The notes beneath the pieces are model-generated. The model was not told where the DNA came from. It saw only the letters and a list, made by a program, of their open reading frames with translations, and made no database searches. The position numbers and the translations under genes were made by a program. A stretch of 53,401 nucleotides of DNA from the NCBI GenBank assembly GCA_036567845.1, contig DATCTT010000376.1, forward strand, positions 1 through 53,401, given 5' to 3'. The DNA comes from Candidatus Ozemobacteraceae bacterium (GTDB lineage Bacteria; Muiribacteriota; Ozemobacteria; Ozemobacterales; Ozemobacteraceae). Shown in pieces: positions 15,501 through 23,665 of the stretch; within the stretch, counting starts at the first letter, position 1, and each line of letters opens with the position of its first letter.

Positions 15501-17492
15501 ATGAGGAACAGTACTCTCAGGTTGCTGAGCAAGGTCATGTGCCTTGTTCTCATCGCCAGCTTCGTTCTCGAAGCTCCTCTGTTCGCGGCCTTCGACGCCA
15601 TCAAGGTGAACGTCGGTGGTCAGCAGGTTCAGGTGACGCCCGGTCAGTGGGTTTCCGTCCGTCAGGGCTCACAGCTCGTTCACTATAATGTCCGCTATGT
15701 GAACGGTCAGCCCGTCGCTCTCGAGATGAGCCAGTATGTGAAGATGGTGTTTGGTGGTGAAACCGCCGCCACTGCCGCTACGGCCGGTCAGACCTCTGCC
15801 GCCGCCAGCACCGCGGGCAAGACCTCGGTTTCCACCCCCTCCACGACCTCCAGCACCGTGAGCGGCCAGGTTGCCAAGCCGGTCACCACGACTCCGGCCG
15901 CGGGGAACGTCGGCACCGTCGCCCAGGCTCCAGCCGCCCCGTCGACGAACGCAGCCCAGGCTCCCACGGTCGCCAAGGCTGACTCCGCCGTCGCCGCCCA
16001 GAGCGGTGCCAAAACCGGCGGCAGCTGGATCAAGGACGAGCTGAACAGCTACGGTCAGAAGATCAAAGACAGCTTCAACTCTGGCAAGACCAGCGGCCAG
16101 GAGTTCGGCACCAAGACCGTCGATACCGTCAAGGACGGCGCCGGCAAGGTCGGAACGGCCGTGAAGACCGGTGGTTCCAAGATCGGCGATCTGCTCCGCA
16201 GCGCCAAAGAACGCGTTTCCAAGATCTTCCACAAGAACACCCCCGCCACCTCCGGCAAGGGCAGTGCTGATTCCGCCCAGAGCGGTCAGTCCGGTCAGAC
16301 CGGCCAGAGCGGTCAGTCCGGCCAGAGCGGCCAGTCCGGCCAGAGCGGTCAGTCCGGCCAGGCTTCCGAGCAGGCTGGTCAGAGCGGTCAGTCCGGTCAG
16401 TCCGGTCAGAGCGGTCAGTCCGGCCAGGCTTCCGAGCAGTCCGGTCAGTCCGGTCAGAGCGGCCAGTCCGGCCAGGCTTCTGAGCAGGCTGGTCAGAGCG
16501 GTCAGTCTTCCGAGCAGACCGGTCAGGCTGCCCAGACGGGCAAGGCCGACAAGCCCGGCATGAAGGAAGTCGCCTCCAGCAAGTTCAAGGCCGGTTATGA
16601 AACCGGTAAGGCCATGGTCGGCCAGGGCGTCCAGAACGTGAAGGACAGCCTCAAGTCCGGCTTCAGCGCCAAGAATCTCCTCGTCACCGCCGGTATCACC
16701 GTGGGTGTCGATCTCGCGACCCAGATCATCCGGGGTGAAAAGCCCAGCCTGAAGAAGGCTGTGAAGGTTGTTGCGTCGGCCGAGTTTGCCGGTGGCGTCG
16801 CCGGTTCCGTCATGGGTGCCGCGGCTGGCTCCTTCTTCGTGCCCTTCCTCACCGCCGTTCCGGTTGTCGGTGGCTTCCTCTCCGCTCTCGCTCCGACCTT
16901 CGGTTCCGTGGTCGGCGGTTCGGTCGGCTCCTACCTCGCCGGCGATCTGAAGAACGGCCGCTTCTCGCTCGCGCAGGCCTTCAAGCAGATCGACTGGATC
17001 GGTGTGGCCGGTCAGTCCGTCGGTTCGACCCTCGGTGCCATGCTCGGCTCGGCGATCTTCCCGCCCTTCGGAACGATCATCGGCGGTATGGTCGGTGGCT
17101 TTGTCGGGAACTGGGCTGCCAAGAAAATCGCCGGTCTGTTCGGTCACAAGACTGACAACTACGGCTCCATCGCGATGCCCGTCGGCACCAACCCGATCGG
17201 CAGCGAGAGCCAGGTCGGCGGCAGCGTGACTATCGGCGGTGTCGCCGGTGGCGCCGAGATCCCGGTCAGCGGCGATCAGGGTGCGGCTCAGGTCACGATC
17301 TCCGGTGATGCCGAGAGCGTCGGAACCTATGCCTCCGAAGTCCAGCTCGCCTATGCCAAGTATCAGGAACTCTATCGCCTCTACAACGAGATGCTCGCTC
17401 AGGGCCGCCAGGAAGACGCCGTGAAGGTCGCTTCCGAAATGAACAAGGCCAAGGGTGAGTACGAAGCCCTCAAGGCCAACTCCAGCAAGTAA
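15501..17492 (+). CDS. Hypothetical secreted protein. It has a signal peptide, Thr/Ser/Ala-rich and (SGQ)n tandem-repeat regions, and a C-terminal Gly-rich glycine-zipper-like hydrophobic domain.
   Basis: ATG at 15501 preceded by AGGAG. Signal peptide MRNSTLRLLSKVMCLVLIASFVLEAPLFA. The repeat array (below) encodes the SGQ run. The C-terminal region is rich in small-xxx-small GxxxG/AxxxG motifs. Confidence 0.65.
   Translation: MRNSTLRLLSKVMCLVLIASFVLEAPLFAAFDAIKVNVGGQQVQVTPGQWVSVRQGSQLVHYNVRYVNGQPVALEMSQYVKMVFGGETAATAATAGQTSAAASTAGKTSVSTPSTTSSTVSGQVAKPVTTTPAAGNVGTVAQAPAAPSTNAAQAPTVAKADSAVAAQSGAKTGGSWIKDELNSYGQKIKDSFNSGKTSGQEFGTKTVDTVKDGAGKVGTAVKTGGSKIGDLLRSAKERVSKIFHKNTPATSGKGSADSAQSGQSGQTGQSGQSGQSGQSGQSGQSGQASEQAGQSGQSGQSGQSGQSGQASEQSGQSGQSGQSGQASEQAGQSGQSSEQTGQAAQTGKADKPGMKEVASSKFKAGYETGKAMVGQGVQNVKDSLKSGFSAKNLLVTAGITVGVDLATQIIRGEKPSLKKAVKVVASAEFAGGVAGSVMGAAAGSFFVPFLTAVPVVGGFLSALAPTFGSVVGGSVGSYLAGDLKNGRFSLAQAFKQIDWIGVAGQSVGSTLGAMLGSAIFPPFGTIIGGMVGGFVGNWAAKKIAGLFGHKTDNYGSIAMPVGTNPIGSESQVGGSVTIGGVAGGAEIPVSGDQGAAQVTISGDAESVGTYASEVQLAYAKYQELYRLYNEMLAQGRQEDAVKVASEMNKAKGEYEALKANSSK
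16276..16536 (+). repeat. In-frame nucleotide tandem repeat with a 9-bp unit (ggtcagtcc / ggccagagc, encoding Gly-Gln-Ser). It is organised into three higher-order copies, each ending in ...caggcttccgagcag(gct/tcc)ggtcag (QASEQAGQ).
   Basis: Direct reading shows about 25 near-identical 9-bp units. The translated product is SGQSGQTGQSGQ...QASEQAGQ repeated three times. Confidence 0.8.
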
Positions 17493-17511
17493 GTCCCGAT
17501 CCAAGACCTGT

Positions 17512-17544
17512 AAACCCCCCGGGGGCTACCCCGGGGGGTTTTTC
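17512..17544 (+). terminator. Rho-independent terminator. G/C hairpin (ccccccggggg-cta-ccccgggggg) followed by TTTTT.
   Basis: Strong GC stem plus a T-tract, 20 nt after the stop codon. Confidence 0.8.
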
Positions 17545-17594
17545 TTGGAACCCCGTTCCGCCCCACCTCGTCCGCAAATAGCAAGGAGTCCGCC

Positions 17595-18131
17595 GTGGAA
17601 ATCATCTTGTCCCGCTCCGTCATCCGATCTTACCGTCCGGACGACGCCAAATCCCTCGCGCATCATGCCAACAACCGGAAGATCTGGCTCAACCTGCGCG
17701 ACCGGTTTCCCCACCCGTACACGGTCGAGGATGCCATCGAGTTCATCGAGAAGGCCACGCATTCCACCCCGGAAACGATGTTCGCGATCTGTGTCGATGG
17801 CGAAGCCGCCGGCGGGATCGGATTCACCCTGCACACTCATGAGCAGCGTCTGACCGCCGAACTTGGCTACTGGCTGGGAGAACGGTTCTGGGGCCGAGGA
17901 ATCATGACCGAGGCGGTGGCGGCACTGACAGCATACGCCCTGAAAAGGCATGGGCTGATCCGGTTCTATGCGATGCCCTATGCAACAAACGCCGGATCGG
18001 TCAGGGTTCTTGAAAAAGCGGGGTATATCTTTGAAGGTCGCCTGCAGAAAAACGTCATAAAGGACAGCAGGATTCTCGATCAGCTCATGTACGCAAAACT
18101 TGCCGAAACAGCGGGTGAGCCGCCTCAGTAA
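17595..18131 (+). CDS. GNAT-family N-acetyltransferase (RimJ/RimL-like).
   Basis: 178 aa. The N-terminus (LRSYRPDDAKSLAHHANNRKIW), the central GxxGF motif and the C-terminal WGRGIMTEAV...A are typical of the GNAT fold. Confidence 0.7.
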   Translation: MEIILSRSVIRSYRPDDAKSLAHHANNRKIWLNLRDRFPHPYTVEDAIEFIEKATHSTPETMFAICVDGEAAGGIGFTLHTHEQRLTAELGYWLGERFWGRGIMTEAVAALTAYALKRHGLIRFYAMPYATNAGSVRVLEKAGYIFEGRLQKNVIKDSRILDQLMYAKLAETAGEPPQ

Positions 18132-18709
18132 TGGTTCAGCACATCGTTTGTGTTTCGCCAACGGGGATCGAGCGCCGCTTCGACAGCCTCCCGGATCGTG
18201 ACGAGGAGCCGCTGGTGGTGCACAACCGGCTCGGTCATGCCATCGGGAATGAGACCGATCTTGATCTCGACCGCAATCTGCCCCTCGCTCAGATCGGCAA
18301 TGCGCAGATCCTCCACAGCCTCCGAGAGGAGGCGCGTGCTCCCGCTCGCATCGGCCCGCTCGAGACGCTTTCCGTCCATCTGATAGGTGACCCGTTTCGA
18401 GGACGTTCCTTCGGGAACCAGCATCGTCCATCCCGAACCGGCTGGCTGAAATGATCGCTTCACGACCGGCTTGCGGTCAGCCCCCGAACCGGCCATGACG
18501 AGCGTAGCACGAGAATTGGAAATATCTCGTTCCAGGGCCTTCAGAATGATCTCGGCCATATCTTTCGCAGCCCCCTTTGCCGTCGCGAGACCGGCGGCAT
18601 GCCGGGCACCAAGCAGCACCTTGAACGCCCCGAAAATGATCAGCCCCGTGATCAGGGACGCCATGAGCAGTTCGACGATCGTGATCCCGCGCTTTTCACG
18701 GCAGTACAT
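18125..18709 (-). CDS. Prepilin-type N-terminal cleavage/methylation-domain protein (pseudopilin / minor pilin).
   Basis: N-terminus MYCREKRG|ITIVELLMASLITGLIIFGAF has the class III signal: Gly before the cleavage site, Glu at +5, then a hydrophobic helix. Its start overlaps the stop of the upstream gene (TGATG). Confidence 0.7.
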   Translation of the reverse strand: MYCREKRGITIVELLMASLITGLIIFGAFKVLLGARHAAGLATAKGAAKDMAEIILKALERDISNSRATLVMAGSGADRKPVVKRSFQPAGSGWTMLVPEGTSSKRVTYQMDGKRLERADASGSTRLLSEAVEDLRIADLSEGQIAVEIKIGLIPDGMTEPVVHHQRLLVTIREAVEAALDPRWRNTNDVLNHY

Positions 18710-19191
18710 CAGGGTTTCACCATCAGAAACACGATCTCTTCCTTCTTGACGGATCCGTCAGCCCCCGTCCAACGGACGGGGGCGCGGAACTCGAGGACAG
18801 CGCTGTTTCCTGGCGTGAAACGGATCTCGGGATCGAGCCGGAAATCCTTGTATTTCGTCTGCACTTCCATGACCTTCTGGATGGTTGCGGGATACCCACC
18901 TTCCATCCGAACGAACTCCTCGCTCTTCGTCGGGTTGAGGGCCGCGAGCTCCTTGAAGGGCCGGCTCGTGATCTCAGAACGAAACGAGTCGAGAATCTTC
19001 CGGGCCATCGACAATTTTGTCGAGTCGATTTCCTTCGTCGCCCCGATTGATATCGCCCGATATATCGGGATCGCGGCCAGAAGGAACACGACCGTGGCGA
19101 TGAGCACTTCGAGCAGCGACAGGCCAGACAGGCCGCGCAGCCGGTTCCCCCCTGTGAATGGCCGGGAAGAAGCTCGTGGAAGTAAGTCCAT
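18709..19191 (-). CDS. Prepilin-type N-terminal cleavage/methylation-domain protein (pseudopilin / minor pilin).
   Basis: ...NRLRGLSG|LSLLEVLIATVVFLLAAIPIYRA has Gly then a helix with Glu at +5. The start was chosen at the ATG at 19191 (MDLLPRA) so as not to overlap the upstream gene ending at 19205. Confidence 0.65.
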   Translation of the reverse strand: MDLLPRASSRPFTGGNRLRGLSGLSLLEVLIATVVFLLAAIPIYRAISIGATKEIDSTKLSMARKILDSFRSEITSRPFKELAALNPTKSEEFVRMEGGYPATIQKVMEVQTKYKDFRLDPEIRFTPGNSAVLEFRAPVRWTGADGSVKKEEIVFLMVKP

Positions 19192-19204
19192 CGTGTGAGA
19201 TTGT

Positions 19205-21706
19205 TCAATTGCGCTTTGCATATTCGAACCTGGCCCAGCGTTTTCCGAGAGTGACAATATACCGTTCCGGATCATATTTGCCAACATCTCTCTGGACCGA
19301 CAGCGGGGTGACGCGGCATGCGGCGCTGTTGTAAAATACTTCGACACTGTGGGCCGCATCGCGCCGGAACTCGTTTGTCACGAGGTTTCCGTCGATGACG
19401 AGCGGGTTTCCCGCCTGGTTCTGCAGCGAATAATTCGAGAAGCAGCTTGCCTGGATTTTCGTGCATGGCGGATCGACAAGAATCGCCCCCCGCCGGGCAA
19501 TCATGGAAAAAACGGCCCGTCCGACGCGCTCGACGTTCGCCGAAAGGCTGATATTGTCGCGAACGACGAGGATGCCTTTGCCTGAAACACGCAGGGTCTC
19601 GGAGATCGTGAGATCCCCGATGATGTATGTAACGCCGGAGCAGTCGAAAGAGCCGTCGGGAGCCATCCGGCCGCCATCGGCCACGGGCACTTTCAGGTCA
19701 TCCCAGAACTGCTCCTCGTTCTCGTAAAAGTGCGTGGCCTTCTTGGCATACTGGAGGAGGCTGTACAGATTGGGAGGCATGCACTCCCATTTTCCCGGAC
19801 TCCAGTCGCCGGGCGCCGCGTAGGCGGGCTTGCCCTGGAGGCCGAAATCCGCTTTCAGATTTTTGTAATAGATCTCGATCTTCGTGATGTCACGGGGGGT
19901 ACCCGCCTGGCCATAGGGCTGCACATTGATCAGGATGTTCGCATACCTCGAGTCAAGCTGGGCCTCGGCCCGCAACCCCAGTGGATACTCAAAGTGCCCT
20001 TTTCCAAACAGCAGGGTCGGAGCGCTGATGGCATCGCAGAACGAAAGAATGGTGAGCATGGATTTCACGCCCGAACGCAGCAGAGGCGGGTTGCAGAGAT
20101 CGGTGTTTCGCAGAACGGGGAAGTCGATCTCGTGCATCCGGTCAGGATTCGTGGCCCGGGAGGTCCATTGAAGCGTCGGAACGATATTGAACCGGGGCTT
20201 CGTCGCCGCGAACTCATCCATCGCCATTGCATTGAATTCCGTCAGGGTCGGTTCATCGACGGTGCCGAGGAACGTGTTGATGGTCATCGCCCCATTCGAG
20301 TTGATGCGAAGCTGACCGGGCACCTGGCAGAGGGAATCGGCCGACGGGTCATCGCCTCCTGTGCCCGACATGCCGGTGCAGCTCTTGTATTCGCCGTCCG
20401 GAAGGTTGTGGATGCAGATCGTCGCAATCCCCCCATTCCAGTCGATGGGGGATTCGATGGCCCCACCCTCCCCGGGATACTTGTCGGATGCCTGCTCGAA
20501 CAACAGGTTCGAATTGGCGACGAAGAATGAATACTCGGGCGCGGGAGGTTGTATATCAGACACTTTATATTCCCGATCAGCCACGAGGGTGCGACTGATC
20601 ACCGGTCCACCCTGCCCCTGGGGCCGGAACGTCACGTCGGCGGTGAACCGGAGGATACCACCCTTCTCGACGACCTTCGGGGCCCTTGATGGACCGAAGG
20701 CCTCCTTGTCGATCATCCCTTTCAGCACCCCGGGTACGGCATTGTAAGCCTTCCGGATGCTCTCCTGAAGAATGTCTGCTTCCCACGTGATAGCGTGAAG
20801 ATCGGCATCTGGTGTTTGGGGCATCATGAGGCGCCGGATCGCGTCGAGGGAAAACACCGGCTCGTCTCCGATATCAATGTAATCCTTCATAACCTGGTTG
20901 ATATCGACCATCTTGGTCTCGTCCATGTCGATGATCAGGGGGATTTTCACCTTGATCCGGATGCTGAGCGTGTAATCGTTCACCTTGGTCACCCGAACAA
21001 ACCGGTCCTCGGCAAAATCCTCGCCAATCGATGGCCGGAGCTTGATCAATTCTTCATCCTGGGTCTGAAAGTTCGGCAGGTTCACCTTGACCCCGAGCGA
21101 GCCAATCAGATCCTCGACACGCCCGGCATTTTTCGCGGAATCATCGAAATCATCGAGAAACGCCGCCGTTTCGCCATTCGTCGGGCGGGGCATGATCGAG
21201 ACTCCGGGAACCGCGTATCCCGGCCTTTTCGAAGTGAACGCAGCGGCAGAGAGGACCTCGCATTTCAGTCCGAGTGTGACCCGGTCGGGGCCGCCCAACT
21301 CCGCGAGCATGTTCGCGATCGGCGCCAGGGCCGGCGTCGTCAGATCGAAGGACGGGAGAGGATTTGCGGCATAGGGAGAGAGGTTCAGGGGGGAGTTCTG
21401 CCCTGTGGCATCGCTCATTTTTCCGTTGGTGATCTCGGCCGGATACCGGAAATACTGATAGATATTCGGGTCCGACTTCTCATTCATCCGGTCCTTCACG
21501 TATCTCAGGACCAGCTCAATCGAAGCCTCGGCGAGCGCCTCAGCCTTCTTCTCATTGCTGGCGAAACGCGTGAGATAATGCCTCGAGGTGTTCGTCCGAA
21601 AGAAGGAGATGACGATGATGAGCAGAATGCCGATGACGCCTATCACGACAAGATAGGCGGATCCGGCCACGGCAGGCCGGGTGCAGCGCTCAGCTTTTCC
21701 GGTCAT
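19205..21706 (-). CDS. Large (about 830 aa) membrane-anchored pilus-associated protein with a PilX_N-like N-terminal hydrophobic segment. Candidate pilus tip/minor-pilin complex component (GspK/PilX/PilY1-like role).
   Basis: N-terminus MTGKAERCTRPAVAGSAYLVVIGVIGILLIIVISFF resembles the PilX N-terminal domain. The ATG at 21706 is preceded by GAGG. It lies in an operon with two pseudopilin genes immediately downstream. Confidence 0.5.
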   Translation of the reverse strand: MTGKAERCTRPAVAGSAYLVVIGVIGILLIIVISFFRTNTSRHYLTRFASNEKKAEALAEASIELVLRYVKDRMNEKSDPNIYQYFRYPAEITNGKMSDATGQNSPLNLSPYAANPLPSFDLTTPALAPIANMLAELGGPDRVTLGLKCEVLSAAAFTSKRPGYAVPGVSIMPRPTNGETAAFLDDFDDSAKNAGRVEDLIGSLGVKVNLPNFQTQDEELIKLRPSIGEDFAEDRFVRVTKVNDYTLSIRIKVKIPLIIDMDETKMVDINQVMKDYIDIGDEPVFSLDAIRRLMMPQTPDADLHAITWEADILQESIRKAYNAVPGVLKGMIDKEAFGPSRAPKVVEKGGILRFTADVTFRPQGQGGPVISRTLVADREYKVSDIQPPAPEYSFFVANSNLLFEQASDKYPGEGGAIESPIDWNGGIATICIHNLPDGEYKSCTGMSGTGGDDPSADSLCQVPGQLRINSNGAMTINTFLGTVDEPTLTEFNAMAMDEFAATKPRFNIVPTLQWTSRATNPDRMHEIDFPVLRNTDLCNPPLLRSGVKSMLTILSFCDAISAPTLLFGKGHFEYPLGLRAEAQLDSRYANILINVQPYGQAGTPRDITKIEIYYKNLKADFGLQGKPAYAAPGDWSPGKWECMPPNLYSLLQYAKKATHFYENEEQFWDDLKVPVADGGRMAPDGSFDCSGVTYIIGDLTISETLRVSGKGILVVRDNISLSANVERVGRAVFSMIARRGAILVDPPCTKIQASCFSNYSLQNQAGNPLVIDGNLVTNEFRRDAAHSVEVFYNSAACRVTPLSVQRDVGKYDPERYIVTLGKRWARFEYAKRN

Positions 21707-22619
21707 TGAAATACGCCTCGAATTCACCGATCCGCTCCCGCACATCTGCTTCGACCCGTTCACGATCGGCAGATGAAGTGGCGCGCATGTTCTTCATGTC
21801 CCGTTCGACGATCCGGTCCAAGGCCGCACGATCGTTGGCAGCCTTGAGATGTTCGCTCATATACTCGGCATAATCCGCCGCCTGACTCGATTTTTCCAGG
21901 CCGAGCACGCCGAGATCGTTGTCGCGTTGCAAATCGCCTTGGCTCTTGAGGAGGTTGGCGAACAGCATCTTGTCCTTCATGCGGGCGGCCGCCTGGAGCA
22001 TATAATCGTAGATGAGATATTTCGATACGGCCGAAGCATCCGGGTCATCGAGGGCTCTGTCGAACGCCCTCAGCGCCCCCTGGAAGTCGCTCGCCTCAAG
22101 CAGACGGATTCCTTCCTTCATATCGGGAAGCAGCCGCAGGCGGTAGACCTCGCGGGTTTTTCCGGTCAGATTCTCATCGTTGAGCTTTTCCCGCATCCAG
22201 GACTCGGAAGCATCGAGCACCTTCCGCCGATGTTCTCGGATCCGGCTCGCCTTTTCCTCGAGCTGGGCAGCCGTGTCGGGGGTCAGACGCACAGGGGGAA
22301 GATCAGGCTGCTCGCCCGTCATCTCGAGCGGGGACAGCCCATTCGTTCCCGCTTTCCCGTTTACAGCACCGGGAACCGCGCCCGGCGTCGTGGGCAGGCT
22401 CGATCCCATCTGGGTGCTTGTCCCCGTGTTCCGGCCGCCGGATGTTGTGGGTGTGGTTTGTTTCTCCCGGCTTGCCCCCCGGGTGGTCGCCTGCTCTTCT
22501 CCCCCGCTGGGAGACGCAACATGGGGGCGGGCCGGCTTGGATCTGAGATACAACAGGAATAACGAGAACAGGCAGATCGACACAACCAGAGCAACGATGG
22601 CAACCCGCTGGTTATCCAC
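21690..22619 (-). CDS. Hypothetical bitopic membrane protein. An N-terminal TM helix is followed by a Thr/Ser/Gly-rich linker and an alpha-helical domain. It is the first gene of the pilin-like operon.
   Basis: GTG start with an AGAGGGA RBS. TM segment MDNQRVAIVALVVSICLFSLFLLYL. Its stop overlaps the start of the downstream gene by 17 bp. Confidence 0.5.
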   Translation of the reverse strand: MDNQRVAIVALVVSICLFSLFLLYLRSKPARPHVASPSGGEEQATTRGASREKQTTPTTSGGRNTGTSTQMGSSLPTTPGAVPGAVNGKAGTNGLSPLEMTGEQPDLPPVRLTPDTAAQLEEKASRIREHRRKVLDASESWMREKLNDENLTGKTREVYRLRLLPDMKEGIRLLEASDFQGALRAFDRALDDPDASAVSKYLIYDYMLQAAARMKDKMLFANLLKSQGDLQRDNDLGVLGLEKSSQAADYAEYMSEHLKAANDRAALDRIVERDMKNMRATSSADRERVEADVRERIGEFEAYFNDRKS

Positions 22620-22941
22620 GATATATCCCTCTGCTCTTCACTTCGCTTTTGCTGAATATCTCATCTTGTTCCAGAATGAAGACGCTGGACGTCGCCACAG
22701 GGTTCCCGGAATTCCCTCACTCCAGCGTTCCCCGGGATTATAATAACATGAATTGCCGTCCCCGTGGCATAGGCCATAGATCGTGAAAAGGCTCCGGGAG
22801 CAACATCTTCGTCGGAAAGGGTTTTCCGCGAACCACGGAATATGGGGTTTCGGTCCGCAAGAGAATCTGCTACTATTTTCCTCCGGAGACATTCCGGCGG
22901 TGCTGATGGCCGCGATAATTCCCCGATGAAAGGACCTTCTC

Positions 22942-23466
22942 ATGATCAGCAAGAAAATGGCTAAAGTCATCAATGAACAGATCACCAAGGAGCTGTTTTC
23001 GGGATATCTGTATCTCTCGATGGCTTCCTACTTCGAAGTCGAGAATCTTCCCGGAATGGCCAACTGGATGCGCGTTCAGGCTCAGGAAGAGACAGCGCAT
23101 GCGATGATTTTCTTCAACTACATGGCCGACCATGGTGAGCGGGCTCTGATGGGAGCCATCGCCGCCCCCGAGACAGGGTTCAAGTCGGTTCTCGACGTGT
23201 TCGAGAAGACGCTTGCCCATGAAAAGACCGTGACGGCCTCGATCTACAAGCTGCTCGACCAGGCAGTCGCCGATCATGACTACGCAACCCAGAACTTCCT
23301 CCAGTGGTTCGTCAAGGAGCAGGTCGAAGAGGAAAAGAATGCTGACATGCTCATCGGCCAGATAAAGCGCATCGGAAAAAGCGAAGACGGCCTGTTCATG
23401 CTCGACCGGCAGCTCGCAACCCGCGTCTTCACGATGCCGATCCCGCTTGCCGGGGGTGCGGCGTAA
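22942..23466 (+). CDS. Non-haem ferritin (Ftn family).
   Basis: INEQI.KEL..GYLYLSMASYF...L.G.A.WMRVQAQEE..HAM.FF.YM matches the ferritin ferroxidase-centre helices. About 170 aa. Confidence 0.8.
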   Translation: MISKKMAKVINEQITKELFSGYLYLSMASYFEVENLPGMANWMRVQAQEETAHAMIFFNYMADHGERALMGAIAAPETGFKSVLDVFEKTLAHEKTVTASIYKLLDQAVADHDYATQNFLQWFVKEQVEEEKNADMLIGQIKRIGKSEDGLFMLDRQLATRVFTMPIPLAGGAA

Positions 23467-23527
23467 TCCTTCCGCTGCTGGGCCACTCTCAGAAAGACAC
23501 CGACAGACACTCGCGGATATCCATGGG

Positions 23528-23558
23528 CAGGCGCAACCTACGAGTTGCGCCTGTTTTC
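23528..23558 (+). terminator. Rho-independent terminator (caggcgcaac-ctacga-gttgcgcctg followed by TTTTCAT) after the ferritin gene.
   Basis: Perfect 10-bp stem plus a T-tract. Confidence 0.75.
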
Positions 23559-23665
23559 ATCTCGCGAGTCTACCATCCTGGTATATTGCATGGGGCGCAT
23601 TCCGGATGCTATGCTGCCCCATCCCACGCCACAGCGACGGCCAAACCAGAAGAAAGAGGTACCAC

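Noticed and set aside
16276-16536. Repeat array as a possible CRISPR
   Set aside because: The units are 9 bp, contiguous and in-frame within a CDS, with no spacers. It is a coding tandem repeat, not a CRISPR array.
15669-17504. 611-aa minus-strand ORF
   Set aside because: Antisense shadow of the SGQ-repeat protein gene. Its low-complexity Gly/Leu/Ala translation simply mirrors the sense-strand repeats.
19730-21709. Plus-strand ORFs 19730..20530 and 20795..21709
   Set aside because: They lie inside and antisense to the 830-aa pilus-associated gene, with an Arg/Gly-rich shadow composition.
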